Shown here: positions 49,066-58,950 of the stretch, one piece after another
How positions within the stretch are numbered: the first letter of the stretch is position 1
Layout: every line of letters begins with the position of its first letter
Assembly: GCA_039934415.1 (NCBI GenBank)
Contig: JBDTME010000001.1
Coordinates: 265,417 to 329,416 of the forward strand
Direction: 5' to 3'
Source of the DNA: Patescibacteria group bacterium
Lineage (GTDB): Bacteria; Patescibacteriota; Microgenomatia; UBA1400; PJMF01
DNA length: 64,000 nt
Position numbers and translations under genes: made by a program
Notes under the pieces: generated by a model
What the model was told of the DNA's origin: nothing
Seen by the model: only the letters and a program-made list of their open reading frames with translations
The model's database searches: none

Positions 49066-49674
49066 TTATGGTGTCGTACCGTTAAATACGAAATCATAAG
49101 TCATGGTTTCTCCTTGAAGTTGATCAGTTGGATCAGCATCATTGATTAAATCCCATGTTGTGAACTTAAGGACTACTCCTTGAGTTGCACCCACACCAAG
49201 TGTGGTTCCAAGATTAATACCTGCTGGGTTTAACCCTTGCCAGGCTAACATAGTCATTGGTCCTGCAATTGAAGCAGAAAGTTCTCCTCCATCAACAACA
49301 CCATTGCTAATCGCATCATTCCAGAGAAATGCCTCTATTTTAATCTCATTTCGCAATGCTGTATTTGCTACAGTTGGAAAGTTATTGAGAGTTAACTTAA
49401 GAGGAACAGTACCATCGTTATAGACTTTTGCTAAATAGTCCTGACTCCACCCTGGATAAATATTTTCAAAATCCACAGTGTTATCAAGAGTTTGAGACAA
49501 ATTGCCTACATCGTTTGTACCTGTAACATCCTGGTACAACTTCAAAGAAGCTGTTCCAGTGCTAAAGGTATTTCCAGTCACGGTTGCGTTTGCAGTAAAA
49601 GCTGCCAAAGACGTTTGAACCATCAAAACAGCCAATAATGTTACTACCACCGTACTTTTTAAAATGTTTTTCAT
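49066..49674 (-). CDS. TasA/camelysin-like SipW-cognate secreted protein
   Basis: Signal peptide, then ANATVTGNTFSTGTASLKL matching the N-F-x-x-G-T-L-D-L motif of TasA/CalY-type proteins. The start is taken at the internal MKNILK. Confidence 0.55.
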   Translation of the reverse strand: MKNILKSTVVVTLLAVLMVQTSLAAFTANATVTGNTFSTGTASLKLYQDVTGTNDVGNLSQTLDNTVDFENIYPGWSQDYLAKVYNDGTVPLKLTLNNFPTVANTALRNEIKIEAFLWNDAISNGVVDGGELSASIAGPMTMLAWQGLNPAGINLGTTLGVGATQGVVLKFTTWDLINDADPTDQLQGETMTYDFVFNGTTP

Positions 49675-49919
49675 GTATGTTTCACCACCTTCCCAAAAGA
49701 CTATTTTTATAACATGGTCAGTTTGACCCAATCCGCACCAGTCACAAGTAACCACTGTGTCTACAGTCAAAGACGAGAGCACTGTAGTTACCTTTTTTGT
49801 GATTTGTGCAGAATTAGTTATAGAGTACTGAAAACACCGGTGTCAAGCGAATATTTTTTTTGCTGTTCGCATTTACTATGCATTCAGATGTATCTGCATA
49901 ATTTAAATTATGGTTAGCT

Positions 49920-50819
49920 CTAAAAAGTTGAAGCTTTAATTTCAAAGTCTTTAAATTCTATATCCATAAAGTCGCTACGAATGCCACCATAGCCTGCATT
50001 CAAAATAGGAATACCTGTAACACTATTTTTACTATCCAAATACTCAAACACTTGACTCCATTCACCTGAAGACGTGGTATCTAGGTAAAACCTTATTCTG
50101 ACAGTTGAGTCGGTTGTATTAACGAGTTCAGACTTTATTCTTAACCAGGTATTTAACGGTAAAAGATTTGGATTTGTATTTCGATCATATTTCCCCGGAA
50201 ATATCTGCTTCTCAGCTAGAGTAAAGTAAATTCCATTTTGTTTCTTTTTGATGATTGCATGTCCATCAACTCTCACACCTAAATAGTACAAATTATTACC
50301 ATCTTGATATCTGTTAAATAGCAAAACACCGTTGGATTGATTACGATTATCACTTGCAGATAAGTTGATCTTATTAATTTTAAAACTTACTTGCTGATAA
50401 AAGTCCTTGTACAATTTTAAATTCACCAAACGCAACATATTTTGAGGATGATAACCATCATCAGTGTCTTTGGGATTGTTCTTGGAATACAACAACCTCC
50501 ATTTATCATTCGTTGGCAGACTTCCTTGTACTGTCTTACAAATACCATTCACTCCATCAACCATACCACCTGAATTCACCCACCATAAAGAACTATAAAA
50601 ACCTTTAACACCTGATTCCTTAATTGAAACAACAGAGTCAAAGCAATCAAGTACTGGAACAGACGTAGGAGTAAATATCACCGATGTTGAGAGTGACAGA
50701 ACTTCAGGATTACTTTGCTTCTTAAGCCTACTAAAAAAATGATTAGCGATTATTACCGCTACTGTAAAAATGGATAAAAAAATTATGAATTTAATACTAA
50801 TTCGTTGAAACATTAACAT
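49920..50819 (-). CDS. membrane-anchored hypothetical protein, last gene of the EPS operon
   Basis: N-terminal TM helix and a predicted beta-rich ectodomain. No family recognised. Confidence 0.4.
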   Translation of the reverse strand: MLMFQRISIKFIIFLSIFTVAVIIANHFFSRLKKQSNPEVLSLSTSVIFTPTSVPVLDCFDSVVSIKESGVKGFYSSLWWVNSGGMVDGVNGICKTVQGSLPTNDKWRLLYSKNNPKDTDDGYHPQNMLRLVNLKLYKDFYQQVSFKINKINLSASDNRNQSNGVLLFNRYQDGNNLYYLGVRVDGHAIIKKKQNGIYFTLAEKQIFPGKYDRNTNPNLLPLNTWLRIKSELVNTTDSTVRIRFYLDTTSSGEWSQVFEYLDSKNSVTGIPILNAGYGGIRSDFMDIEFKDFEIKASTF

Positions 50820-52374
50820 TTTTAATAACTACCTCACTGTTATTTAGAGTTTTGTCCCAAGTTTGAAAACCAATTCCTCCAGTCAACAATGTATTACTCA
50901 CTTTTTTTGCTGAAATGATCTCCGTGCCATTAATGCTACATCCAACACGGTCTTTATTCACTGCCATCTTCAGGGATAGTTCATTCATATTTAGCAGAGA
51001 AATTCTTGTACGCGTCTTCGAGGAGTTTTTAGACTCAGCTAGCTTAATATCCTTTCCCTCGACTCTTTGCCTAATACTTGTATATTTTGAAGTAAAATTA
51101 CAACTTATATAGTTGTTTCCATCTCTGTAGCGAGAAATTAAACTAACGCTCTCTCCTTTCTTTAAATCCACAAACGCTGAGAATAAATAATCTGTCCAAG
51201 CAAGTGTTCCGTCAAGAAAAGTTGAACCACCACTTCGATCCACTGTTGATGCTATAAACAAACTATCATTTTCATGATACAGATCTCCTCTTGTTTTTAC
51301 CCAGCCCTTATTGCTTTTAAAATCATCCTCAAACGGTAATTGTTTTGAAACTCCTATTTCCATTTTGGTCAACAGGTCTTCTTGATTCCAATCAGGACCT
51401 ATCTCAATTCTTTTTACCACAGCAGAACCTGTTGATTCTTTTTCAGCATTAAAATAGTTTTGACTGAACACTTCGTTTTGTTTTAGTTGAACGAAAGACA
51501 TTTTAAAGTTCTTGTTCATAACCTTGGCAATATCGTCTATCGCACTAGGGTTATTTTTTTGTACTTGACCGTAATCTCCAAACGGATATGCAAAACTAGT
51601 AACTTTTGTTTTTAAAACATCTTGAATATCTTTCTTTACGCCTCCTAAATCGGTAGTTATTCTTTGTATATATTCGTCATGCGTTTCAAGTCGATTTTTT
51701 TCAGAAAGCCATAGCTTATTACTGTAAAAATAACCTTTTTCGTTCTGTTCGTTTATATTAAATAAATCGTGACCATTTTTTGAATGTGCTTGAATTTCCC
51801 ATCGTCCGCTCACTAGCATTTTACTTAATTCAACTTTATTCAAATAGTATCTACTTGATTCAAACAAGGAATGATTGCTGATAATAAACATTACTGCTTT
51901 GTATCCAAGAGCATCAAGAATGGGATCCACTGGGTAGTAACTATCTTTTCTTCCATCATCGAATGTCAAAAGAAAAGACTTTTCAGGTAACTCTTTACCA
52001 TTTTTTAAAAAGCCATACAAGTCTTCTAAAGTGATGGTTTCATATCCTTTACTCTTTAAATAGACCATTTGATTTCTAAAGTCATCAATGATGATATTTG
52101 ATGCATCACCTTTTGATATGACACCGTGATATACCAGTACAGGCAATGATTTTGCATAAACAACAGGGTCAGAATTCTTTAAGTACTTCTGATGTTCTGA
52201 AAGTTTAATTTTATAAGAGGGAAGCAGACTTTTGGTTATTAGATCGAGATTTAATTGTTTCAAAAAATCAATTTGATTTATGAAAAAAGCAATTAATATT
52301 ATTTGGGCGCAAACCACTAAAAACAGATAAAAGGACTTTTTTCTTTTGTTTTTTTTTAAATCTATTTTTTTCAC
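50797..52374 (-). CDS. polysaccharide deacetylase (NodB homology domain) with an N-terminal TM helix and a C-terminal extra domain
   Basis: NodB motif TFDDGRKDSYY and H-containing motifs. Confidence 0.6.
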   Translation of the reverse strand: MKKIDLKKNKRKKSFYLFLVVCAQIILIAFFINQIDFLKQLNLDLITKSLLPSYKIKLSEHQKYLKNSDPVVYAKSLPVLVYHGVISKGDASNIIIDDFRNQMVYLKSKGYETITLEDLYGFLKNGKELPEKSFLLTFDDGRKDSYYPVDPILDALGYKAVMFIISNHSLFESSRYYLNKVELSKMLVSGRWEIQAHSKNGHDLFNINEQNEKGYFYSNKLWLSEKNRLETHDEYIQRITTDLGGVKKDIQDVLKTKVTSFAYPFGDYGQVQKNNPSAIDDIAKVMNKNFKMSFVQLKQNEVFSQNYFNAEKESTGSAVVKRIEIGPDWNQEDLLTKMEIGVSKQLPFEDDFKSNKGWVKTRGDLYHENDSLFIASTVDRSGGSTFLDGTLAWTDYLFSAFVDLKKGESVSLISRYRDGNNYISCNFTSKYTSIRQRVEGKDIKLAESKNSSKTRTRISLLNMNELSLKMAVNKDRVGCSINGTEIISAKKVSNTLLTGGIGFQTWDKTLNNSEVVIKNVNVSTN

Positions 52375-52379
52375 GTTTT

Positions 52380-53672
52380 TTATCTAGTACCCCATTTAGA
52401 GTCTCTAAGTGTCAATATAGCCCAAGGTAATTGCCATATTAAAATGACAGAGTAAAACGCAGCGAATACTACTCCAAAAACCCATTTTCTGTCCCTCGTG
52501 TGTATGTAGTAATACAGACCATATACAATAGCCATTAAAATTAACCCGAATAAATATAGCCAGGGAATGGCATCATGTACAAATGGATACCAAATTAAGG
52601 CTCTAATTACAACAACTGGTGCTAGTAAAGGTAATATAACTCCCAAATAAAATGAAAAACTCATAAGTGGGTGTCTCCTCCAGATAAAACTTCCTGCCAT
52701 TAAACTCTCTCTCACCCATGATTTTTTCCATCTCAATTGCTGTTTCATAAATTTCGTGAAACTATTTGGCACTATGGTGTATGACTTTGCCTCTGGCGCA
52801 TATAATGCTTTGTGCCCTCTACGCAACACAAAATTAGTTAAACTTCTGTCATCTCCATAGGTACATTGGATCCCTAAAAATCTTTGGTTAAGCCATTTGT
52901 CTATGACTGGTAATAAATCCTGTCTTCTATACGCAGAACAACAACCAGAACAACAAGTAACACTGTCAAACATAGCCTCAGCAGCTTTGTACGCTTTAAA
53001 TGCTACAAAGTACCTTGCAGATTGCATCTTTGTAATAAAATTTTCATCAGCATTAGCAACAAAAGCGTGTCCTGCGACTGCAGCGACCTTATCATCAAGA
53101 AAGTATTTCACTAACTCCTTTGCTGTCCTTTTTTCAACAAAACTGTCAGAATCAATAAAAATAATGATGTCGTTCTTTGATCTATTTACGGCTTCACCCA
53201 TCCCTTCTCTTTTTCCCTTATTCACTTTCCAATTTACGATTTTTATCTTGACTTTCTTTCTCTTTGCAATTTTTTGAGCCTTTATCATTTCAGCCAGTGT
53301 ATTGTCAGTTGATGCATCATTTACAGCAATAATTTCAAACTTCTTTTTAGGATAATCAATCTGTGAAATCTTAAGAAGGGTCTTTCTTATATTTTCACCC
53401 TCATTGTAAGAAGGTATGCCAAAAGAAATTGTTGGTTGGAAATTTGCATCGAATTTTTCTAGATCTGGCTCGTAAAAATAAGATATGATAAATCTACTCA
53501 GAATATAAAAAGTAACAGCTAAACTGTAACTGCCAAAAAAAATGTTATTATCTATTTCTTGAATTGTTATAAACTTGATGAGAAAAACAATATAGATCGT
53601 GAAAAAGAGAACAATCCATGCGTTGATATTTCTTTCAGTATAAAATTTGTGAATTGCTTTTAATTTTTTCAC
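52380..53672 (-). CDS. processive GT2 polysaccharide synthase (NodC/IcaA/HasA-like)
   Basis: GIPSYNEGENI, AVNDASTDNT, D-x-D and QLRWKKSW (QxxRW) motifs with flanking TM helices. Confidence 0.7.
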   Translation of the reverse strand: MKKLKAIHKFYTERNINAWIVLFFTIYIVFLIKFITIQEIDNNIFFGSYSLAVTFYILSRFIISYFYEPDLEKFDANFQPTISFGIPSYNEGENIRKTLLKISQIDYPKKKFEIIAVNDASTDNTLAEMIKAQKIAKRKKVKIKIVNWKVNKGKREGMGEAVNRSKNDIIIFIDSDSFVEKRTAKELVKYFLDDKVAAVAGHAFVANADENFITKMQSARYFVAFKAYKAAEAMFDSVTCCSGCCSAYRRQDLLPVIDKWLNQRFLGIQCTYGDDRSLTNFVLRRGHKALYAPEAKSYTIVPNSFTKFMKQQLRWKKSWVRESLMAGSFIWRRHPLMSFSFYLGVILPLLAPVVVIRALIWYPFVHDAIPWLYLFGLILMAIVYGLYYYIHTRDRKWVFGVVFAAFYSVILIWQLPWAILTLRDSKWGTR

Positions 53673-54955
53673 TATCGCCCAATTCCAATGTAGAGAATGT
53701 CGGATTCAAGATATCCAATTTTACTCAGGCTGTTTCGTCCGTCGATTATTATTGACACACCAAATTTCTTCAATAAATCTGGTGTGAGTTGCTTAAATTC
53801 CTGATGTGATGTTGTTAATATAACTGCATCAGCACCTTTGAGGGCTTTTTCTATGGATTGAACATTCGATTTCTTTGGCAAATGCGGATCAAAAACTTGA
53901 ACTTTTTTCACACCAATCTCATTCAACTCTTTTATCACTTCGTACGAAGGACTCTCTCGATCATCACCTACATTAGCTTTATATGATAATCCTAAAACTG
54001 CCACTGTAGAGTCTTTGACGTGTATATTTTTTTGCTTTAGTGCTTCTTGTAATTTCGTCACAGTATATCTTGGCATTGCTTCATTCGTTTGACAAGCAAT
54101 TTCCAAAAAAGTGTGCTTAAAATTGTTTTTTCTGGCGTAGTCTATTAAGTAATAAGGATCGACTGGTATACAGTGACCACCTATCCCGCAACCAGGATAA
54201 TGTGCCATAAAGGCAAAGGGCTTAGTGGCAGCGCCATCAATTACATTAACTACATCAATACCCAATTTATCAAAAGACATAGCAAGCTCATTCACAAAAG
54301 CAATATTGACATTTCGAAAAGCATTTTCTACTACCTTGACGGACTCTGCCTCTTTCAGTGTTTGCATCAGCTTTACTTTTCCTGAAATAATCGATTTATA
54401 AAACTGAGCTGCTAAATTAGTACTATTCTTGTCAAAGCCACCCACAACTCTAGGAATATTAGAGACATTCCATTTAGCATCGCCAGGATTAATGCGTTCA
54501 GGACAATGTGCTACATAAAAATCTTCACCAACCTTCAAACCAGACTTTTCAAGAATTGGAATAATTATCTCTTCACAAACTCCGGGGTTAACAGTCGACT
54601 CCAAAATCACTAACTGACCTTTTTGTAAATTCGATGCAATGCTTTCAGCTGCAGCTTCCACAGGACCGTAGTCAGGCAGTCGATTGCTATGAATTGGAGT
54701 TGGTACGCAAATAATAATAATGGATGCTTTTTTTATTTTCTTGACATCTGCTGTGGCATGAACTTTCGCAACCAACATTAATTCTTCTACAAACTTTTCC
54801 TTAAAAGGAGATTCACTTTTATTGATTAGTTTTACTTTTTTTACATCCTTTTCAACACCAATAACTTCATACCCCTTTAGATTAGCCAAAAGTGCCAAAG
54901 GTAAACCAACATAACCTAAACCAATTACAGCAACGACTGGAAACTTTTGAAGCAT
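53672..54955 (-). CDS. nucleotide-sugar dehydrogenase (UDP-GlcNAc/ManNAc/Glc 6-dehydrogenase family)
   Basis: VAVIGLGYVGLPLA Rossmann N-terminus and catalytic GGHCIPVDP. The start is taken at the internal MLQKF rather than the track TTG at 55024. Confidence 0.7.
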   Translation of the reverse strand: MLQKFPVVAVIGLGYVGLPLALLANLKGYEVIGVEKDVKKVKLINKSESPFKEKFVEELMLVAKVHATADVKKIKKASIIIICVPTPIHSNRLPDYGPVEAAAESIASNLQKGQLVILESTVNPGVCEEIIIPILEKSGLKVGEDFYVAHCPERINPGDAKWNVSNIPRVVGGFDKNSTNLAAQFYKSIISGKVKLMQTLKEAESVKVVENAFRNVNIAFVNELAMSFDKLGIDVVNVIDGAATKPFAFMAHYPGCGIGGHCIPVDPYYLIDYARKNNFKHTFLEIACQTNEAMPRYTVTKLQEALKQKNIHVKDSTVAVLGLSYKANVGDDRESPSYEVIKELNEIGVKKVQVFDPHLPKKSNVQSIEKALKGADAVILTTSHQEFKQLTPDLLKKFGVSIIIDGRNSLSKIGYLESDILYIGIGR

Positions 54956-55153
54956 AGGGATTTTTGATGAAAAGTAAAAATTTTTACGAGATACATCAAT
55001 AACATATTTAAGAGAAGTACGCAAGAAAGGAGTTTCAAGGCATGAGGTAGCTCAGAAGGATCCCAGTTTAACCCGAAATGCACTTAAGAGCCACCTCAGC
55101 CCCGTTAGTGTAAAACGTCTGGTGAAAAAAATAAAGAGAGAAAAAGTGATTTT

Positions 55154-55921
55154 TTATTTTAGGAAATTTTCGATTAACGCACCAACGATGTAGGCTGCAC
55201 TTGCTGCTGTTGCACCAATTACCAACATCTCAAGACCATTTTTCCACCAGGTCCCTTTCGTAATGAAAGTTCGTAAACTCCCCACAAAAAATAACGTACC
55301 TGCAGTTGATAAGATCGATAACGGGAACTGATAAGATAAAGCTAGAGGGAATCCAGCAAATTCCACAAAGTACGGCATCAGAGGCAAAGAACCTGCCAGC
55401 ATGAACGCCAAGAAAGTCATTGCCCCAGTTTTCCAAATCTTCCCATCAAAGTTCGGCACTACACCCATTTCGTCAATAAACCCTAACTCTGTCCACAACT
55501 TAGGATACTTAGTGATCGTTGAAGCTAGTTTTTCTGCTTCGCCAATATCCACGCCTTTTTTTACAAAATACTCAATTAACTCAGTCTTTTCCTCATTCGG
55601 GATATTTCGGATTTCCCACTTCTCGATCTCAAACTGATGCTGCTTGTGACGACGTTCTGACCGCTCCCCCAAATAATCACCCATACCCATCGAAATGCCA
55701 TCAGCAATTAAATTCGCAATTCCCATAATCAAAATAATCGACGGCGACAACCCGGCACCCGCCACTCCAGCTACGACAGCAAATGTAGTCACAATCCCAT
55801 CATTTGCCCCAAATACAGCCGCTTTGAGCAAACCACTATCAAACACACCATGGATTTTCTCAGCTTGACCATCGTGATGGAGTTTTTTCGCTTCTTTGAT
55901 AGTGAGATTTACTGCAGACAT
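55154..55921 (-). CDS. VIT1/CCC1 family Fe/Mn transporter
   Basis: AAVFGANDGIVTTFAVVAG N-terminal signature, a cytoplasmic metal-binding loop and C-terminal TM helices. Confidence 0.75.
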   Translation of the reverse strand: MSAVNLTIKEAKKLHHDGQAEKIHGVFDSGLLKAAVFGANDGIVTTFAVVAGVAGAGLSPSIILIMGIANLIADGISMGMGDYLGERSERRHKQHQFEIEKWEIRNIPNEEKTELIEYFVKKGVDIGEAEKLASTITKYPKLWTELGFIDEMGVVPNFDGKIWKTGAMTFLAFMLAGSLPLMPYFVEFAGFPLALSYQFPLSILSTAGTLFFVGSLRTFITKGTWWKNGLEMLVIGATAASAAYIVGALIENFLK

Positions 55922-55941
55922 AAAATTTTAAATTTTGAGTT

Positions 55942-56976
55942 TTAAGCTTTCAATACTTGCTCAATCAATCGATTACAATAACCAAACTCATTATCATACC
56001 AGCTGACAACTTTGACGAGGTCTCCCCCAATCACTTGCGTTAGTGCTAAATCAACAATTGAGGATTCGCGTCGACCAACAATGTCAGATGAGACAATCGG
56101 TTCAGTAGTTACTGCTAACAATCCTTTCCAACGATCACTCTGCGAGGCTTCGGTCAACTTTTGATTGACCTCTTCTACAGTCGTCGGACGTTTCGTTACA
56201 AAAACCATATCGGAAATCGAACCGACCGAAACTGGTACGCGATACGAAATACCATCAAACAGACCTTTTAATTCTGGAATAGTTTCCGTCACTGCAATTG
56301 CTGCGCCAGTCGAAGTTGGAATAATATTTACGCCAGCGGTGCGAGCGCGGCGCAAATCTCGATGGGAGTTATCTTGAAGATTCTGATCGTCTGTATAGGC
56401 ATGAATCGTGGACATCAACGCCTTGGCAATCCCAAACTGCTCTTGCATCACCGCCGTCACTGGTGCGACACAGTTCGTCGTACACGATGCGTTGGACATC
56501 ACCTGTCCGGTAGTTTGATTCACACCCAACACGCCAGTCTGAATTCCATCTCCTTTAGCGGGAGCCGATAAAATCACTCGTTGTGCACCAGCTTGTAAGT
56601 GTAACCCTGCTTTTTCTTGAGTTAAAAAGATACCAGTTGACTCTATAATAGTGTTCACACCCATCGACGCCCAAGGCAGTTTTGCTGGATCACGCTGAGC
56701 CGTCACGGCAATTTTTCGATCACCAATGGTTAAATATCCCAACAAAGAATCTTCATCTGTTACATCTTTAGTCGTTTTTAACCGCTCGACTGTAACCTCT
56801 TGATCCCATACGCCATAATTTGAATCGTATTTTAAAAGATGAGCCCAATTCTCAATCTCCATCGAACCAGATGTATTCACCGCCTTCAGGTCCAACTCGT
56901 CTTTGTGAAACATCCACCAAACTCGAAAAGCTGTTCGACCAATCCGTCCAAAACCATTAATTGCAAAAGTCGTCAT
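55942..56976 (-). CDS. gap: glyceraldehyde-3-phosphate dehydrogenase
   Basis: INGFGRIGR and the active site SNASCTTNCVAPV. The start is taken at MTTFAING. Confidence 0.9.
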   Translation of the reverse strand: MTTFAINGFGRIGRTAFRVWWMFHKDELDLKAVNTSGSMEIENWAHLLKYDSNYGVWDQEVTVERLKTTKDVTDEDSLLGYLTIGDRKIAVTAQRDPAKLPWASMGVNTIIESTGIFLTQEKAGLHLQAGAQRVILSAPAKGDGIQTGVLGVNQTTGQVMSNASCTTNCVAPVTAVMQEQFGIAKALMSTIHAYTDDQNLQDNSHRDLRRARTAGVNIIPTSTGAAIAVTETIPELKGLFDGISYRVPVSVGSISDMVFVTKRPTTVEEVNQKLTEASQSDRWKGLLAVTTEPIVSSDIVGRRESSIVDLALTQVIGGDLVKVVSWYDNEFGYCNRLIEQVLKA

Positions 56977-57071
56977 AAAAACCTCCATATTCAGATAGAC
57001 CCAACATAGCAGATACGGCAAGGTTTGAAAAGGGAAGGAGAGGCAAGTCAAAAATTGTAGAGAAACTGAGC

Positions 57072-58094
57072 TTAGTGTTCCATTTCACTGTGCTCGAGTG
57101 CTTCGAGGAAAGGAAGAGTACCTTTGGCCAGATAGTCGAGCATGGCTCCACCACCAGTACAAACGTGAGTGAACGATTTGAGTTGATCAATCTTGAGTAA
57201 ACTGACCGCTGCTTCGGTGTCCCCACCTCCGATGATTTTAAATCCTCGAGTGCGTGCCACTACGTCAGCAATATAGGCTGTACCTTTGCGAGATTTAGGA
57301 TCTTCATACTTCCCCATTGGACCATTCCAGACAATCGTCTCAGCTTGCACAATAAATCGTTCAAACTGTTCACAAGTTTCATCTGCCAGATCTAAACCAT
57401 CTTTGCGTAGTTCACCAATAATCAATCGGCTATTCGGATTCTTCTCATAGGACATTTCTAGTGGAAGTTGACCTCCAACTAAAATTACATTTGCTCGTTC
57501 ACTAATTGGATTAATCAACGGAATCTTGGTTTCAGGCTTACCACCGCCCAAAATGACCACAAATGGCGATTTAGGCTTTTTAAGCAATTTCTTTAAGACG
57601 GTAATTTCTTTGTAAAACTGAATACCAGTTACAGTCGGCATTAACTCAGTTACTCGAGTTACTGAAGTGTGATCACGATGAGAATCAGCAAAAGCCTCAA
57701 ACACAAACAAGTCATAACCTTTCTTGAGTTCTTTGGCGAATTTATTATTTGGAGTTTCTTCTCGCTCATCAAAACGAAGATTCTCTCCAACCTCCAACCA
57801 TTTTTCCAAATCTTTAGCATTCAGTTTTTTAAATGCTTTGTCCTCGAGTAATCGCTGATACAACAGCTTGGCAATCGGCTTTAACGACAGTTTTTTAACA
57901 ACTTTTCCTTTAGGACGACCAAGATGCGCAATCACCTTGACGTGTTTGGCTTCATTTCTATACAAGTACACCAAAGTTGGAATGCCGTGCTCGAGACGAG
58001 TAGTATCCCATTTCCCTTTAAGTTCAGGCAAATCGAGATCCATTCGGACAAGTACATTGAGATCTTTAACAGGGGTTAAACGCAGAGTTTTCAT
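57072..58094 (-). CDS. pgk: phosphoglycerate kinase (compact)
   Basis: N-terminal RMDLDLP substrate-binding block and C-terminal GGGDTEAA, GGGAMLDYL. Confidence 0.85.
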   Translation of the reverse strand: MKTLRLTPVKDLNVLVRMDLDLPELKGKWDTTRLEHGIPTLVYLYRNEAKHVKVIAHLGRPKGKVVKKLSLKPIAKLLYQRLLEDKAFKKLNAKDLEKWLEVGENLRFDEREETPNNKFAKELKKGYDLFVFEAFADSHRDHTSVTRVTELMPTVTGIQFYKEITVLKKLLKKPKSPFVVILGGGKPETKIPLINPISERANVILVGGQLPLEMSYEKNPNSRLIIGELRKDGLDLADETCEQFERFIVQAETIVWNGPMGKYEDPKSRKGTAYIADVVARTRGFKIIGGGDTEAAVSLLKIDQLKSFTHVCTGGGAMLDYLAKGTLPFLEALEHSEMEH

Positions 58095-58183
58095 GAGGGA
58101 TATTATAGCATGAAATCTCTAGTACAGATAAACGGGTTCAGTCAGCGGCTGATTTTCTTCTGGGCATTAACGTGCAAAATATA

Positions 58184-58885
58184 TTACGCTTTCAACAACT
58201 CACCAAACTCATCAACATCTAAACTGGCGTGGCCAACCAAAAAACCTTCAATTTCTTCTTCGGCAATAAATTCATCTATGTTATCAGGATTGACACTGCC
58301 ACCATAAATAATTCGAGCACCACGAAACACCGCTTTCAACTCTCGCATCACTGGTAACACTTCACTCACATCCTGAGCAATCCCAGTACCAATGTGATCG
58401 ACTGGCTCATAGGCGACGACTAACTTGGAATACTTCCCTTTCTCAATAAAGTCAGCTTGTGCATCAATCTCATTTCGGTCAACACAGACAATAGGTGTAA
58501 TTCGTTCTTCTATACAACTTTCCACTTTTTTTGAAACTTCGAGTGAGGATTCCTTAAAGTACTTGCGGCGTTCAGAATGTCCTACAACAGCATACTTCAC
58601 ACCGAACCCAATAAGGTTATGTCCTGACACGGCTCCAGTATATGAACCAGCAGGAAAAGGACTAATATCTTGAACACCTAAAAAAGTGTGGCTATGAAGT
58701 GCTTTGTTTAACAATCGATCACTCACCTGAGAAAGAGAAGGCATCGGAGGACAGATCACAGTGTCATACTTCAGCTTGTCTAACGCAACCAAAATTTCCA
58801 ATTGCTTCTCAAATGTGTGCATCCACTCCTCGACTTCGGCACGATTTTTATTCGATTTCCAATTTGCAATCATCAGTTTATTCAT
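58184..58885 (-). CDS. tpiA: triosephosphate isomerase
   Basis: IANWKSN, catalytic AYEPVDHIGTG and GGS motifs. Confidence 0.9.
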   Translation of the reverse strand: MNKLMIANWKSNKNRAEVEEWMHTFEKQLEILVALDKLKYDTVICPPMPSLSQVSDRLLNKALHSHTFLGVQDISPFPAGSYTGAVSGHNLIGFGVKYAVVGHSERRKYFKESSLEVSKKVESCIEERITPIVCVDRNEIDAQADFIEKGKYSKLVVAYEPVDHIGTGIAQDVSEVLPVMRELKAVFRGARIIYGGSVNPDNIDEFIAEEEIEGFLVGHASLDVDEFGELLKA

Positions 58886-58950
58886 GAGAATAGTATATAG
58901 TATGTCATATTCAGGTCAAAGTCATAAAAAGGTACAATCACGAATCGCTC

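Noticed and set aside
55040-55100. Long imperfect hairpin TGAGGTAGCTC-N33-GAGCCACCTCA with a tRNA-like GGTAGCTCAG stretch
   Set aside because: It does not fold into a cloverleaf. It is probably a transcript-end or stabilising stem for the VIT gene, with weak evidence.
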